Part shown: positions 1 to 11,740 of the stretch, piece after piece | Layout: each line of letters starts with the position of its first letter | Numbering within the stretch: the first letter of the stretch is position 1 | Source of the DNA: Negaprion brevirostris | Lineage: Eukaryota | Reading direction: 5' to 3' | NCBI GenBank assembly: GCA_030324005.1 | Contig: JARDVH010000059.1 | Location: forward strand, 53,468,817 to 53,532,816 | DNA length: 64,000 bases | Position numbers and translations under genes: made by a program | The notes under the pieces: generated by a model | Databases searched by the model: none | The model's input: only the letters and a program-made list of their open reading frames with translations | What the model was told of the DNA's origin: nothing

Positions 1-257
1 GCCTTACTGAAGTCCATGTAGACAACATCCACTGCCCTACCCTCATCAATCATCTTCATCACTTCCTCGAAAAACTCGATCAAGTTCGTGAGACACGACC
101 TCCCCTTCACAAAACCATGTTGCCTCTCACTAATACGTCCATTTATTTCCAAGTGGGAATAAATCTTGTCTCAAAGAATCCTCTCCAATAATTTCCCTAC
201 CACTGATGTAAGACTCACCGGCCTGTAATTACTTGAATTATTCTTACTACCCTTCTT
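1..257 (-). mobile_element. CR1 LINE reverse-transcriptase fragment (runs off window start)
   Basis: Minus strand reads KKGSKNNSSNYRPVSLTSVVGKLLERIL*DKIYSHLEINGRISERQHGFVKGRSCLTNLIEFFEEV...VDVVYMDFSK, with the YRPVSL, QHGF and D-F-K motifs of CR1 ORF2. One in-frame TGA. Confidence 0.9.
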
Positions 258-429
258 GCTATCCTGCCATCCTATGCACGATCTTTAATTAAATTTTAAA
301 TAAGTAAACCTGATTGAATTGCATTAATGCTCTACTGTCCAATATCTGATCCAGCTTACTTGTTGCAATGTCCCTTTTGTGGCAGAACTGTAAATTTAAT
401 TCATTGCTCTAATAGTTAAATTCCTTTTG

Positions 430-720
430 TGGCCTCAGTCCTCTGTAATCCAGTGCTACAACTTTCCCTATCCAATGTTCCTCTGAATCCAGCTGTAATG
501 CATCTCCCGACCCTTTGCTCTATCATTATCATTTGTTGTTTTCTGTTGCCTAGACACAATCATTTGGCATTTTCTCCTCAAACTCCTCCATCTCTTCACT
601 CCTCTCTGCCCTGTCACATCCTCCTTAAAACCGACCTCTTTAATCAGGTTTCTGATCATGCCTCTAATAGGTACTCCTCTGGCTCAGCACCCATTTTTTG
701 AATGCTTCTTGTTTTTTTTT
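430..720 (+). mobile_element. Degenerate L2-like LINE 3' fragment
   Basis: ctccttaaaaccgacctctttaatcagg resembles the LLKTxLF end of L2 ORF2. Highly decayed. Confidence 0.35.
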
Positions 721-2534
721 CTCTGTTAATAGCACTTTGGAAATGCAAACTATTGTTTTTCATTACTCATCCTGTCTATAGATATTCATTGACCTACTTG
801 TCATGTTGATGAAAATTGTTAATTATGTAACTAGAAACACACCGAGGATTAAATCATACCTTTCTCTGCCTAATAGACTTAATTGGTTAATTCCCAATAT
901 TAATTGCAACTTACCTATGCCATTATCATGATCGTGGTTCATACATAAAATATGTAAACCAAAGATTAGCCAGAACTATGACTGTCTCTTTTTTCAGACC
1001 TATCTCATAAGTTTTTTGCACAGGAGGAAAAGAGTGAGCAAAAATGTTTCAAAAATCATAAGAAGAAGCAATCTTATACTGTCCTAATAAATTTTAATAA
1101 TTTTTGGAAAATATTTCACATCAGGGCTTGAAGGAAACTGGCCCAAAAAAAAACCAAGAACGTGTCAATAGAGCAGAAGGAAAGCCTGCATCTGCAATTA
1201 GTTCAAATTTGCTTATTGTGGTCTTGCTTAATTCGTACCTTAAATTAGTTCAGATGCAGTCAAAACGCATTTTAGCGTGTGGTTTTATGGTTGGAGCTTA
1301 TGGGGAGCTTATGGTTGGATAAGTAATTCTTAATGCATTGTAATTGTCCTGTTTCTCAGACTTGATTACTTTAAAGAATATTTTACATAACACATTTCTT
1401 TTTACATGATAGCAGTATATTGTAAAAGAAAGTATTAAACTTACGTTGTAAAGTTATAATACTGCATGTTTAAAAATGAGCGATAAATGTTAGGAGATGC
1501 ACTATCTGGTCAATGAGGCAAAGAAAATTGCACTTTTCTCTATTCATCAAAATAACATGCAAGTTTCATGATCCCATAGTATATTTGGAAGCTCTCACAA
1601 TGGTTTCCAAGGCCTGGAGATTTGCCAGGAGGCAAATTCTCTGCCGAGTTTTGCTGATGGGGGAAATGCTGTTGTGAGGTTCAGAAACTCAGAAGTATAG
1701 ATTTTCCAAAAGTCCTGCAGAATATAAACGCAAGGCTCTTTTGAAATGGGGCGCCTGTTCACAGATGACCTGATTGACAGTCGGAAGGCCTTTTCAGAAG
1801 GTAAACCTGCTTCACAAGACTGAAGTCTGAGAGGTGCGTTGGGGGAGTGAGGGAAATCATGGTTGGGAGTGGGATTTAAATTAATCAGTGGAGTGAGCTG
1901 CATTGAAGGATTGCAAGGGGCACGAGTGAGAGAATGCAATGGTTGTCAGGAGGAGCAGAGAGATCGCAGTGGACGGGTCGGGGGGATTTGGATTATCTTG
2001 TTGGACCAGGAATGAGTGAGCACTTCCTGGCTCACAAGCAGTAATGTCAAGGCACTTATCTCCTCAATTCAACCCTTCTTATCATCTTTAGTCTGTTGGA
2101 TTTCCTGGGCCTGAGAAATTCAGCATCCTGTATTTAAAAATGGAACAACAGTTGAAACTGAGACAGGCAGCCTCAATATAATATAATGATCAATCTTCAT
2201 CATGTACATAGATTGGTCACTCACCCATTGTCCTATCTCTGTTAAAACTTGAAGTGGGTGGTTTCAAGGCAGATTCAATTCTTGTTTCTGATCTTCAGCA
2301 TTTTGACCTCTGGCTCAACCCTTGTTCACCTCTTTGTGGGTAATTTATGATTCAGCCCTCAATGTTGCAGTGCTATGTCTGTAAAGAATCTTATACATGA
2401 TTTGCATGCTGTCAGAATAGAGAAAGAAATCAAGTTGATTTGATGAAGGGGTAATCCAAACTGCTTCATGTAGAGGAGCAGATGTGTTAATGGATCATTC
2501 TAATCTTTTCCATTTGCTGCACAAATTGTAATAA

Positions 2535-2830
2535 CAATAGAAACTATAAGCAGGAGTAGGCCATTCAGCCCTGAGACTGCTCTGCCATTCATCTTGATCA
2601 TGGCTGATCATCAAATTCAATATCCTGATTCCCCCCTTCCTCCCATATTCTTTGATCCCTTTAGCCCCAACAGCTGTATCTAATTTATTCTTGAAATCAG
2701 ACAATGTTTTGGCCTCAACTACATTCGGTGGTAGCGAATTCCACACATTCACCACCCTCTGAGTGAAGAAATTTCTCCTCAGTTCTAAAAGTTTTACCCC
2801 TTATCCTCAAACTATGACCCCTGTTCTGGA
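2535..2830 (-). mobile_element. CR1 LINE 3' end
   Basis: ORF 2495..2755 reads VNVWNSLPPNVVEAKTLSDFKNKLD (CR1 ORF2 C-terminus), followed by the CR1 3'UTR motif gaatggcctactcctgct. Confidence 0.85.
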
Positions 2831-4384
2831 ATGACCCTCCATATTGAATACCATATTGAATGTTTTTCACTATGCTAAAAATGTGGATATTTGTTCACAA
2901 TATATGAATTTATTTAACTCTTATACAAAAACCAATCTGTGGTCTATTGACTATGAGTGGCAATAGTCATTGAGTTGCTGAAACTCTGATAATGACTCAC
3001 TGGGAAGATTGATCAAAGGGATTCATATAAAATGCATGATTCCCCATCGACTGATCATGATGTATTTAACTTTATATACTCAAAATTTTATGGTTGCAGC
3101 TACGTACTTAATAAAAAAAAGTGTTGATATATAACCTTTTGATTTGCATGTTATGAAATGAATCTGCTATCTATGACAAAAATATTTAACTCTTTTCACT
3201 TGCATGTTGAATTTTTCAAAAAGATGCAAATTCTGTGTGAGAGATTCAAGTGCAATGGAATTCCTAATCCCGGTTTCATTTTCTGCGAGATCTCCATTTG
3301 CCCAATGGGAGTTGTAATTCTGCACTTGTTCCAGATTTTCCTCTTTGAGTTGGGAATTGCAAGCCTAGCCAAATACCAATGTCTGCCAGTGCCTGCCCAT
3401 GCTGACTTTATCATGAGGTGGTATGAACAGACTGGGGTGACGCCATTACTTCTGGAAGCAGGCCCAAGGTGGGAACAGGAGCAGAAGGGAACCAAAGTGG
3501 GCAGGATAGAAGACCCACCCCCTTTCACTGGAACAGCAACCCAATTTTGACGTGAATATTATGAGACACTGTCCTTCGCTCATTTGTTCTGATGGGGAGA
3601 GAAGGCTAGCAGGTTGCTGCTAACTTGAATCCAGGAACCTGTTGCCAAGCATCCATATTGCTGTTGTCTGAACTAATTTAGTTAAATTATCTGTTAAAGG
3701 CAAGTGACATTTTATACTCTGTATCCAAACCATCTGAAAATAAATACATCTGACCTTGTTGAATGTTTTTAAATTTTAGTTCTTTGTCATGAGAGTATTT
3801 TAGCTGCACTCTGGAAAACAATCCAATCTTCTGTTTTGAAGGGGACATATTTCACCAAACTATTGTTTGTTCGTATTTTTATAAACAATTCTACATCATA
3901 CAGACTAAGTTTCTGTGGCAGGTGTATTATTTCCATGTTGATGGAATTAATGCTTTGTACAAATTGTATTGAAAATCATGGCATAAATCTATTTGCATGT
4001 CAGCTAGAAGGCAGTTATTAAATAAATTAATGAAAGGACTTATTTGGATTCTGGAGAACTATAATTATACAACAGCACAGTTTCACCATAGTATCTCCCT
4101 CAATATTATTTTTGGCAAGCACTTGTTCTAAACCAAATTAGTTTAACCCCATAAAGATGGCTGCTGCTCCTGTGCTGTATAAAAGAAAGATGTTGGAAGT
4201 CAGAAATTCAAGTGAGGGGTCAGAAAACAGAACAGTCAAAATTAGATTTCTGTTTTGCAATAAACAAGCATCTTTCCAATATTTCACTGTTATTTCTTCA
4301 TATTGTTAGCTGTTTTCTTGGATTGCTCATGTTTTTAAAAATAGTGCTTGTGAATACAAAATAAGGGTTTAATACTTAATTGCA

Positions 4385-4615
4385 GAGTTTATTACAGCGC
4401 TCAGACCTGGAGTTATTACAGCACTCAGTCCCAGTGTTATTAGAATGTTCAGTCTCGCAGCATCATTACAGAACTCTGTCTCACAGTCATTACAGTGTTC
4501 AGTCACTGAGTCGTTACAGCATTCATCACAGAGTAATTACAGCACTCGGTCAAAGTGTCATTACAATGCTCAGTCACAGAGTTGTTGCGGCACTGCCACA
4601 GAGTCATTACAGCAT
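4385..4615. repeat. Degenerate ~24-bp minisatellite, about 10 copies
   Basis: Units such as gagttattacagcgctcagacctg, gagttattacagcactcagtccca and gtgttattagaatgttcagtctcg. The array abuts a CR1/HE1-type tail at 4600-4650. Confidence 0.8.
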
Positions 4616-5417
4616 TCAAGGAGGCTGTTCAGCCCATCAAATCTGTGGTGACCTTTTTACTTATATTTTGCCTTTTCCTTCCATTAGGTGGTGTAGATCC
4701 TTGTAGAATTCAGTATCTCAAAAATATAACATGTTTAGATCACTCCAGTAGTACAATCACTGGTTTGTGCTTAAAAAAATGAAATGTATTCTTTTTGAGC
4801 TGCTTTGTTGATATTATGATATATATGATATTTGACTTTTAATGTTTGCACCCTTTCTCAAAGTAGCGTTTAATATAATTCAATGTGGTTTTTGTTCTTG
4901 CTTTTACACTTACTTTAAGAGTGCAAATTAAATTTAGTATGTCTACCAGGTTGCTACAGATCTTGAATTAGGTGCATTTTTTGCATTTAGCAAAATCTCA
5001 GAAGCATGGACCTATATTAGTGTTTGATGCATAAAAACTATATGCTAACTTAAGCTTTGTAAATTCAACAACTACAATAGGTTGCATACTTAATTTAAGT
5101 CTCATTGCTTAAGTATTAACAAATGGAAATATCAAGTCACATGTCTAACAATGTAATTTATGCAGATGTTTGATACTGATCTTGTATTTTGTTGAGCTTT
5201 TCTGATATCTCAACATTATATAAACAAACAGACCGCCTCACTTTGGATCCTTGGGTCTCGCAAAGTTTTACAACAATCGTGGAAAAATTAAGGATTGCTT
5301 TAATGAATTCATTTTTCTGAAAAGGAAGTTCCACATCCCACATAGTCCAACCTGTGAAAGAGACTGATTTCTGTTTTCTAAATCGTTTATCCTTTATCCT
5401 TGGTTTAATTTATTCAG

Positions 5418-5489
5418 GTTACTAGATGGGGTGAATGATGAACATGCTATTATTCAGCAGTACGTAAATGAGCTTATGAACAAGTCATG
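5418..5489 (+). CDS. DTNA: Alpha-dystrobrevin cassette exon with an extra syntrophin-binding-site motif (exon 11b-like)
   Basis: ttattcag|G ... TG|gtcagt, 72 nt, phase 2-2. Encodes LLDGVNDEHAIIQQYVNELMNKS, with the DEH-x-I-x-x-Y motif shared by the two downstream SBS exons. Confidence 0.8.
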
Positions 5490-8400
5490 GTCAGTAATGG
5501 AGACTAAGCTTTTATTGATTAGAAGCTGNNNNNNNNNNTCTGTGATGAGTTTAACAATTAATATGTGAGTATCCTTTTGTTGACATGAGATAACAAAGAT
5601 TTCTAATTACTTTTATGGAATCTAACAAATGTGGAAAAGGAACGCCTCATCAAAAACTCTTACATGGGTTTGTAGTACTGTTAAAGAATTGACATTGCTA
5701 AGTCATTCCAGCACTTGTTTTGCTGTCCCCAAGAGTGCTTGATGCTTCAAATGGGCAGTGATAATTCTTAGCTTTGTTGCTTATCTCAGTGATAAGTCTG
5801 TTAATGTTGATGTTTAAGAGATTCAACGTTCGTTTACACAACTTTTGTACAATTTTGTTACCTCAAAAAGGAAACTTTCAGTATTAATTGGTAGTATGTG
5901 TACTAGTGTTTAAACCTACAGACTCTCCTGCTTGCTTATTAGTGTACTAAACACTCTTTCCACACTTCGAAATTAATAAGATGATATTCTCTCTGTAGGA
6001 ATGATAGTATGCATTCTTGTCAATGTTGGTTGGTAAATGAAATGTTGACAGCAAGGGAATTGAGAAAAAGCTCTAAATAATTATCTGATTAAATGCTTTG
6101 CGAATTAGTCTGTCTGCCTTTGTAAGTAGATTATAAAGATCGATCACGTGGTTGAAGCAAGATTGAATCCCTACAAAAGATTACTTGTCTGAACAAGTGA
6201 TGAAGAATATTTCCTGGGGTTAGTTAGAGATGGAATCACAAATAATGGAACCCAGTGATTACTTCTGATCTTCAACCGTTTCTGTAGGTTTTGAATATGC
6301 ATAAATGTGTAGTTTTGATTTTTTTTAAATGACAGTTACTTGCCTGGCATGTGGAAATGAATGTTGATTATTTATATTTGATACAGGGATAATTAATGAT
6401 AACTCACGCCAGGGAAATAAATAAAAGACAAATTACACCTTTAAGAGACGAAGGAAGTAAAATTCCTTGATGTGAAGGATGAATTTTGGACTCAGCCACA
6501 TGGTGGAGTCAAGATTATGGATAAAATCCAAATTGAGCAGACTTCCACTCTATTTCCACTCGATCCTAAATTTCAGATGGGTGGATAGGAAAAGAATAAT
6601 TTTACCCAGTCCACGTTATCTAAGCTTAGAGCTTGAAAGTGCATCCAGACATGTTTTTAAGCTACTTCACAAATTCTGCCCATTGAGCTGTCCAATAGAC
6701 CCACAGGACTAGTAGCTTTTTAGTTGATAGTTTAGGAAAATGAAGAACATTGCAAAATTTCATGGCCCTTTGCTGGATCACAGTGTCTGTGGTAGGGGTG
6801 AAAGGTGCAACACCTCTTCCTTGGAGTGGGGCTATGCTGCCCCTCTGATAAAATCTAATTTTGAAACAATTAACATTGTACAGGTTAGTAAGTTATATCA
6901 TTCAGAAGAAGACCTGATGTGTCCAGAGTATCGTGCGTTGGCAGATTTCAGTTTTTTGTTCCAATCTCCATTCTGTACTGTTACTCGGAAAAAAAGTTTA
7001 ATTAAAAGGAGACAATTATGCTATGCTGGCTTGAACTTGATAAGTGATATCATTGTAGTTATTTACAGAATGAACAAGAAGTTCTCAGAGGATTAAGTTA
7101 TTACATGAGCTTTTTAGCACCATTTAACATATTTGTGGCAATTTCCTCTGCTATTTTAATATGTCTGCGGAAGTATATTTTAAATGGGTCAACCTAGCAC
7201 AGATAGGATCACATTCATCAGTATACCAAAAACAATAAAATAAAGAAAATTAAACCTCCTAATGTAGTCATGGTTTATGGCTTGTGGTGACCAGTCAGCA
7301 AACAACTCAACCTCAGTCACAATGATTATTTTTTGTTGATGAAAGCCATTAATGGTTTAACAGTAATGGCTAAAGTGGAAAAAACAAATGGGGCCAGACT
7401 ACTTGTATGGCAGGATTTCCTGTCCCTCTACTCAAAGGGTCATTCAAGTGCTTATGGACTGGAGATAAGACTTCCATCCCTCACTTGGGCACAAAATTGT
7501 GGACAGGTCAGGGGCAGGTAGGAGGATTGTTGGGAGGCTCCTGAGGAATTTTACACCCCCCACCCCTTGCCAGTGAAGGACTAAGTCTCCATCCATGTAA
7601 ACACAGTAATGAAAGGTGGTACGGACTGAACGGTGGATTGTTCAAATTTTTAAATATTTGTTTATTACATATATTTTGCATATTTCCAGCCCTTTTTATG
7701 GGATGAGGATTTTGGTGCCTATTTTTGATATATTTGGTTTTTCTCATTTTGATATTTCATGGTAGGAGTAACAGTGGAGTCTATTGTTGTTCTCTGCCAT
7801 AGGGAATAATTAAAATAGCAACTTCCAGCATCCACACATCTGCAGTTAAATGCAGATATCTGGGAATTGCTCCTTCACAAACTTTGTTACACCGGCACCT
7901 TTCCTTGAGACTCTTCTCTTCTGTCTTATTCATGCAAGCTGTAGTGCTTGCATACTAGGGGGATAATTCTCTGGATCCGCACATCCAGGCACAAATCACA
8001 GTATGGCTGGAGAATCATGCACAGGGGCCAAACCTCTCTTGAGATTCTCCTCACCTCCAACTAATGATGTAATCTGGTCCATGCCCTTGCTGGAGGTATG
8101 TGGAAGCTGCGAGAGGTGGTTGTAATCTGGCAACATTGATAAGTGTGCAAGGGTGAAGTGGACTCTCTGAATATTGTCCTTCAGTCCTGATTGATGATGG
8201 ATGAGTGATAGAGGTGTAGTTCATTGGAGCTGTGTTAGAGGTCATTTGAAGATGTATTCACTGATCTTTGTTATCTGTGCAGGGTCTCTGCAGAGTATGC
8301 AACCACTGCGTTTTGTGCTGGGCTGCAAAGTACAATCATGTTGATGACTGGGCAACACCAAGTTTGCGTGCTGCGTGCCTCAGTGAGACCAGGCATGATC

Positions 8401-9571
8401 TGTGTGCTCAATATCAGACCTAATTGGATTATTTCCTAAATGTGTTTGACCAAGGAGAAAGCCCATTGTTGTTTGCCCTACTCTCATAGGTTTCGGATCT
8501 TCTGTGGAGAGAGCTGTGTTGAAATGCATCCTTAATTATCAAACTTTGCAATGTGAAAGCCCATAAAAGTCTGTGCAGTAGTTCACCACCATGTTCTTGG
8601 GCAATTAGGAATGAGCAATAACGTTGACGTAGCCAGTGGCACCCACATCTCTTGAACAAATAAATAAAAACAGTGACATCATTTGTTTGCACTGGCCACA
8701 AAATTTGAACTATAATAAAATGTAACTTAATTTAAAAGTGTAGTAAGGAGTGCTTGCATCGATATTCAGATGTTTGTAACTGGCAGTTAAATAAAAACAT
8801 TCAACAAAGGATATCTGCTGTTCATTCACTATAGGAAGTTACCTGTGGAGAAGGAATGGGATACTCGGCACTGTACAGTGAAAACAGAATGCACACCAAC
8901 AATCAAGGGATATGTTTTAATTCCTACTTGCCCACCTGAAATTGGTATTCATGTTTCAAACTAATACAAACTCTATTTCACTGTTCGCTGAAAATTATAC
9001 AGAAGGCGGCTGGGACTAGTTTCAAACATGAAATATAATTCAGGAACTTCCACAGAGCTGTTCCTGTTCTAACACTGTAACCTTGCTGCATGTGCAGCAG
9101 AAAAATTGGCATGTAAATGGGTGTGCAGTAAAGTTACAGTGTTGGGGCAGCAATAACTTTGAGTAAGTGCCCAGCCCAAGCTACTGCTTAATCAGAATTC
9201 TGAAATTCAAGTCCAGCAGACAGATGGGGATTTTCCTTTTCAGTAGAAGTTGTCTCTGCAGCACATTAGCCTCACTTTGAGAAATGCACATGGAATTTCT
9301 TGAGAAAGTTTCATTTCTAACTAATCCTAGCTATTATTAGCCTTGGTCTTAAAAGATCCCATTTAAGCAATTACTGTTTTGATTAGTCTGATTCTGATTT
9401 TTCTTGCGTGCTGTATATTTTATTAAATTTTTCTATAATTTTATTCATATGTATGTGCTTTCTGTTTTTTAGTACGTGATTACACTGCAAATCCTGTTCA
9501 CAATCTTTCTTTAATGGGTTTCCCCAGTATTATTGCTTTTTTTTGTTCAGTCTTCTTATCTCATTAAATAG

Positions 9572-9649
9572 CTTTCCTGTTGAGATCAATGAAGTAGAGC
9601 AGAACAAACAACTGGCTAGGGCTGCTCCAGCTTTGCTAAAGGGCAAAGG
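9572..9649 (+). CDS. DTNA: Alpha-dystrobrevin vr3 cassette exon (exon 12-like)
   Basis: aaatag|C ... GG|gtgagt, 78 nt, phase 2-2. Encodes FPVEINEVEQNKQLARAAPALLKGK (human ..EVEQNKLLARAAPAFLKGK). Confidence 0.93.
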
Positions 9650-10859
9650 GTGAGTATTAAGGAAAATGTGCAGTAACCGGCATGAGCTACTAACACTACA
9701 AAAATAATCGATTTGTTATATATCATGTTAACAGAAATACTTACAGATATCTCAGGCTTCTAGCAGCAATAAGTAGATGTACATTGATTCCACAAGGCCA
9801 GAGCGCATTGCAAGCCATTGTTGGACTGGGTTTCCTCAATGACATTGGTGGCAAATACTGTGCAGGTATCAGCCCAGGGTGCTTGCCTGGCCCTAGGAAT
9901 TGATGTAAAACTGCATAATGCCACCAGCATTCTCCCCCAAATATCTCAGAAATGCAAGCAGTCGAAGTATACTGCTTCACATCTGTAGGATTAATTCTGC
10001 TTTGTAAATGTAGTATTTAGAAGTAATGCATGTACTCTGAGCTTCATTGATTAGACAATCCTATTCATAAACTATGCATTGAAGCCAGGATTTTATGGGA
10101 CCTCAGGAAGTGTGATGGGAGGTGGTAGGTGAAATGTAAAATTGGGAAGGAAGGCTGAGGACTGTGCCCATCACTTTCTAGCCACCGCTGGCGTTTTATT
10201 ACCAGCAAGGAAGATGGTGGACCCAGCCTTGGACCAATTGAGGCCTTCAAGTGGTCGACTCAGGGCAAGGGCCATTTTCTGCCACTGCTAATAGAATGCC
10301 AGATTGGGCACCCTCTTGCTCACTAGGGACTCCCTGGAGGCAAGGGCTGCCCCTGCAGCAAGATCTCCACCTTCATGAATGACCTCACAGACAGTCCACC
10401 TCCAGCATCACACTCGATGATACTGGTGAGACTAAAGGGATGGAGGCCCTCCAATCTTTGGGGTGGAACCTCATCCCTTAAAGGGATGTAAGTCCCAATG
10501 CCAGGCAGTTAATTCCCTGACAGGCATTAAATACTGTTGGAACTTCCATGACCTGTCGAGATGTGATTAGCCCTGATTTTCTGGTCAAGGAAGAGAGTAA
10601 CCATCATTCTATAAAGTCCTGGCCTCAATCTCTTTAGACCCAGCCCATGCTCCAATCAAGGAATTAGGTCACATCCTAGTGGAAAAGCACAGTAAATTAT
10701 AGATTGAATGCTTTGAAGCAGAAGAGATGATAATGTGTATGTGCCTGTGCAGATGTATGGTTCCTTTTTGCTTCCTTTTTTAATTTCTCATTTTTTTTTA
10801 CAATGTTTTCTTTTTTATTCTTTGTTTTGTTGTTTTTGTTCACATTTCCATTATTCTAG

Positions 10860-10952
10860 GTTGCAGTACAGCCTTGATATTGCTGATAGACTGGGTGATG
10901 AACATATTCTCATTGGGCTATATATCAACCTCCTCCTGAACAATCCCTCACG
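10860..10952 (+). CDS. DTNA: Alpha-dystrobrevin vr3 syntrophin-binding exon (exon 13-like)
   Basis: Long U-rich tract, ttctag|G ... CG|gttagt, 93 nt, phase 2-2. Encodes LQYSLDIADRLGDEHILIGLYINLLLNNPS (human IQYSLNVADRLADEHVLIGLYVNMLRNNPS). Confidence 0.95.
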
Positions 10953-11467
10953 GTTAGTCGAGGTTTCTTTTACCAAATGTGGAAGTTTGGAGAAATGTCC
11001 TTTGGTAATCTTTCAGTTTCATTGACCTAAAAATGGACAGAACTTAGATTACGTGGTGAACATGGTCATTTATTGAATATCCATATGACCTTATGCCCAT
11101 GCTATTTATGAAGGCTTTTAGACTCCAGAGTCTCAGATGTTTATTGGTAAGAGAAAATGCAAATTTAAAGTACGTGGAGTGTTCTGTGTGCAGACCACTA
11201 CAAGAAAATCTATTGTTATCAGTAAGTTTACCTGGTAAAGTATTAGCATCAATCTCTGCTAAATATCATGGTAGCTTTCCCGATTTCTGATCATTGGATT
11301 TCTCAGTTTGCCATTGCAATTCATTCTCTTTCAACTACTGAGAAAAAAGATCATAATGTTTGATAAGATAATTGGGAAGGGGTTTGTAAATGAAGACTAC
11401 AAACAGATATGTAGAAAATGGTGTTAGAATAGATAGCTCCAGTTGAAGACCTGGCTTTTTTGGCATG

Positions 11468-11740
11468 GTAAGAAGTCTCACAACACCAGGTTGAAGTCCA
11501 ATAGGTTTATTTGGTAGCAAACGCCACTAGCTTTTGGGGCTCTGCCCCTTCNNNNNNNNNNNNNNNNNNNNNNNNNNNNNNNNNNNNNNNNNNNNNNNNN
11601 NNNNNNNNNNNNNNNNNNNNNNNNNNNNNNNNNNNNNNNNNNNNNNNNNNNNNNNNNNNNNNNNNNNNNNNNNNNNNNNNNNCTGGTGTTGTGAGACTTC
11701 TTACTGTATTTACCCCAGTCCAATGTCGGCATCTCCACAT
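11468..11740. mobile_element. Penelope-like element terminal repeat pair in inverted arrangement, spanning a gap
   Basis: gtaagaagtctcacaacaccag (11468) and its reverse complement ctggtgttgtgagacttcttac (11683). The partial hammerhead-like stem ggggc..gcccc runs into Ns. Same family at 22606, 38734 and 40188. Confidence 0.65.

Noticed and set aside
999-1091. Possible alpha-dystrobrevin-3-like terminal exon (ttttcag|A CCT ATC TCA TAA with a nearby AATAAA); similar candidate at 4688
   Set aside because: Too short to recognise, no similarity to the mammalian alpha-DB3 end, and such acceptors occur by chance.
7390-8420. GC-rich MITE-like remnants (also about 10085-10625, 13790-14818, 24430-24710, 46650-46825 and 48365-48572)
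   Set aside because: They look like non-autonomous DNA-transposon debris, but I could not define matching TIRs or TSDs, so they are not called.
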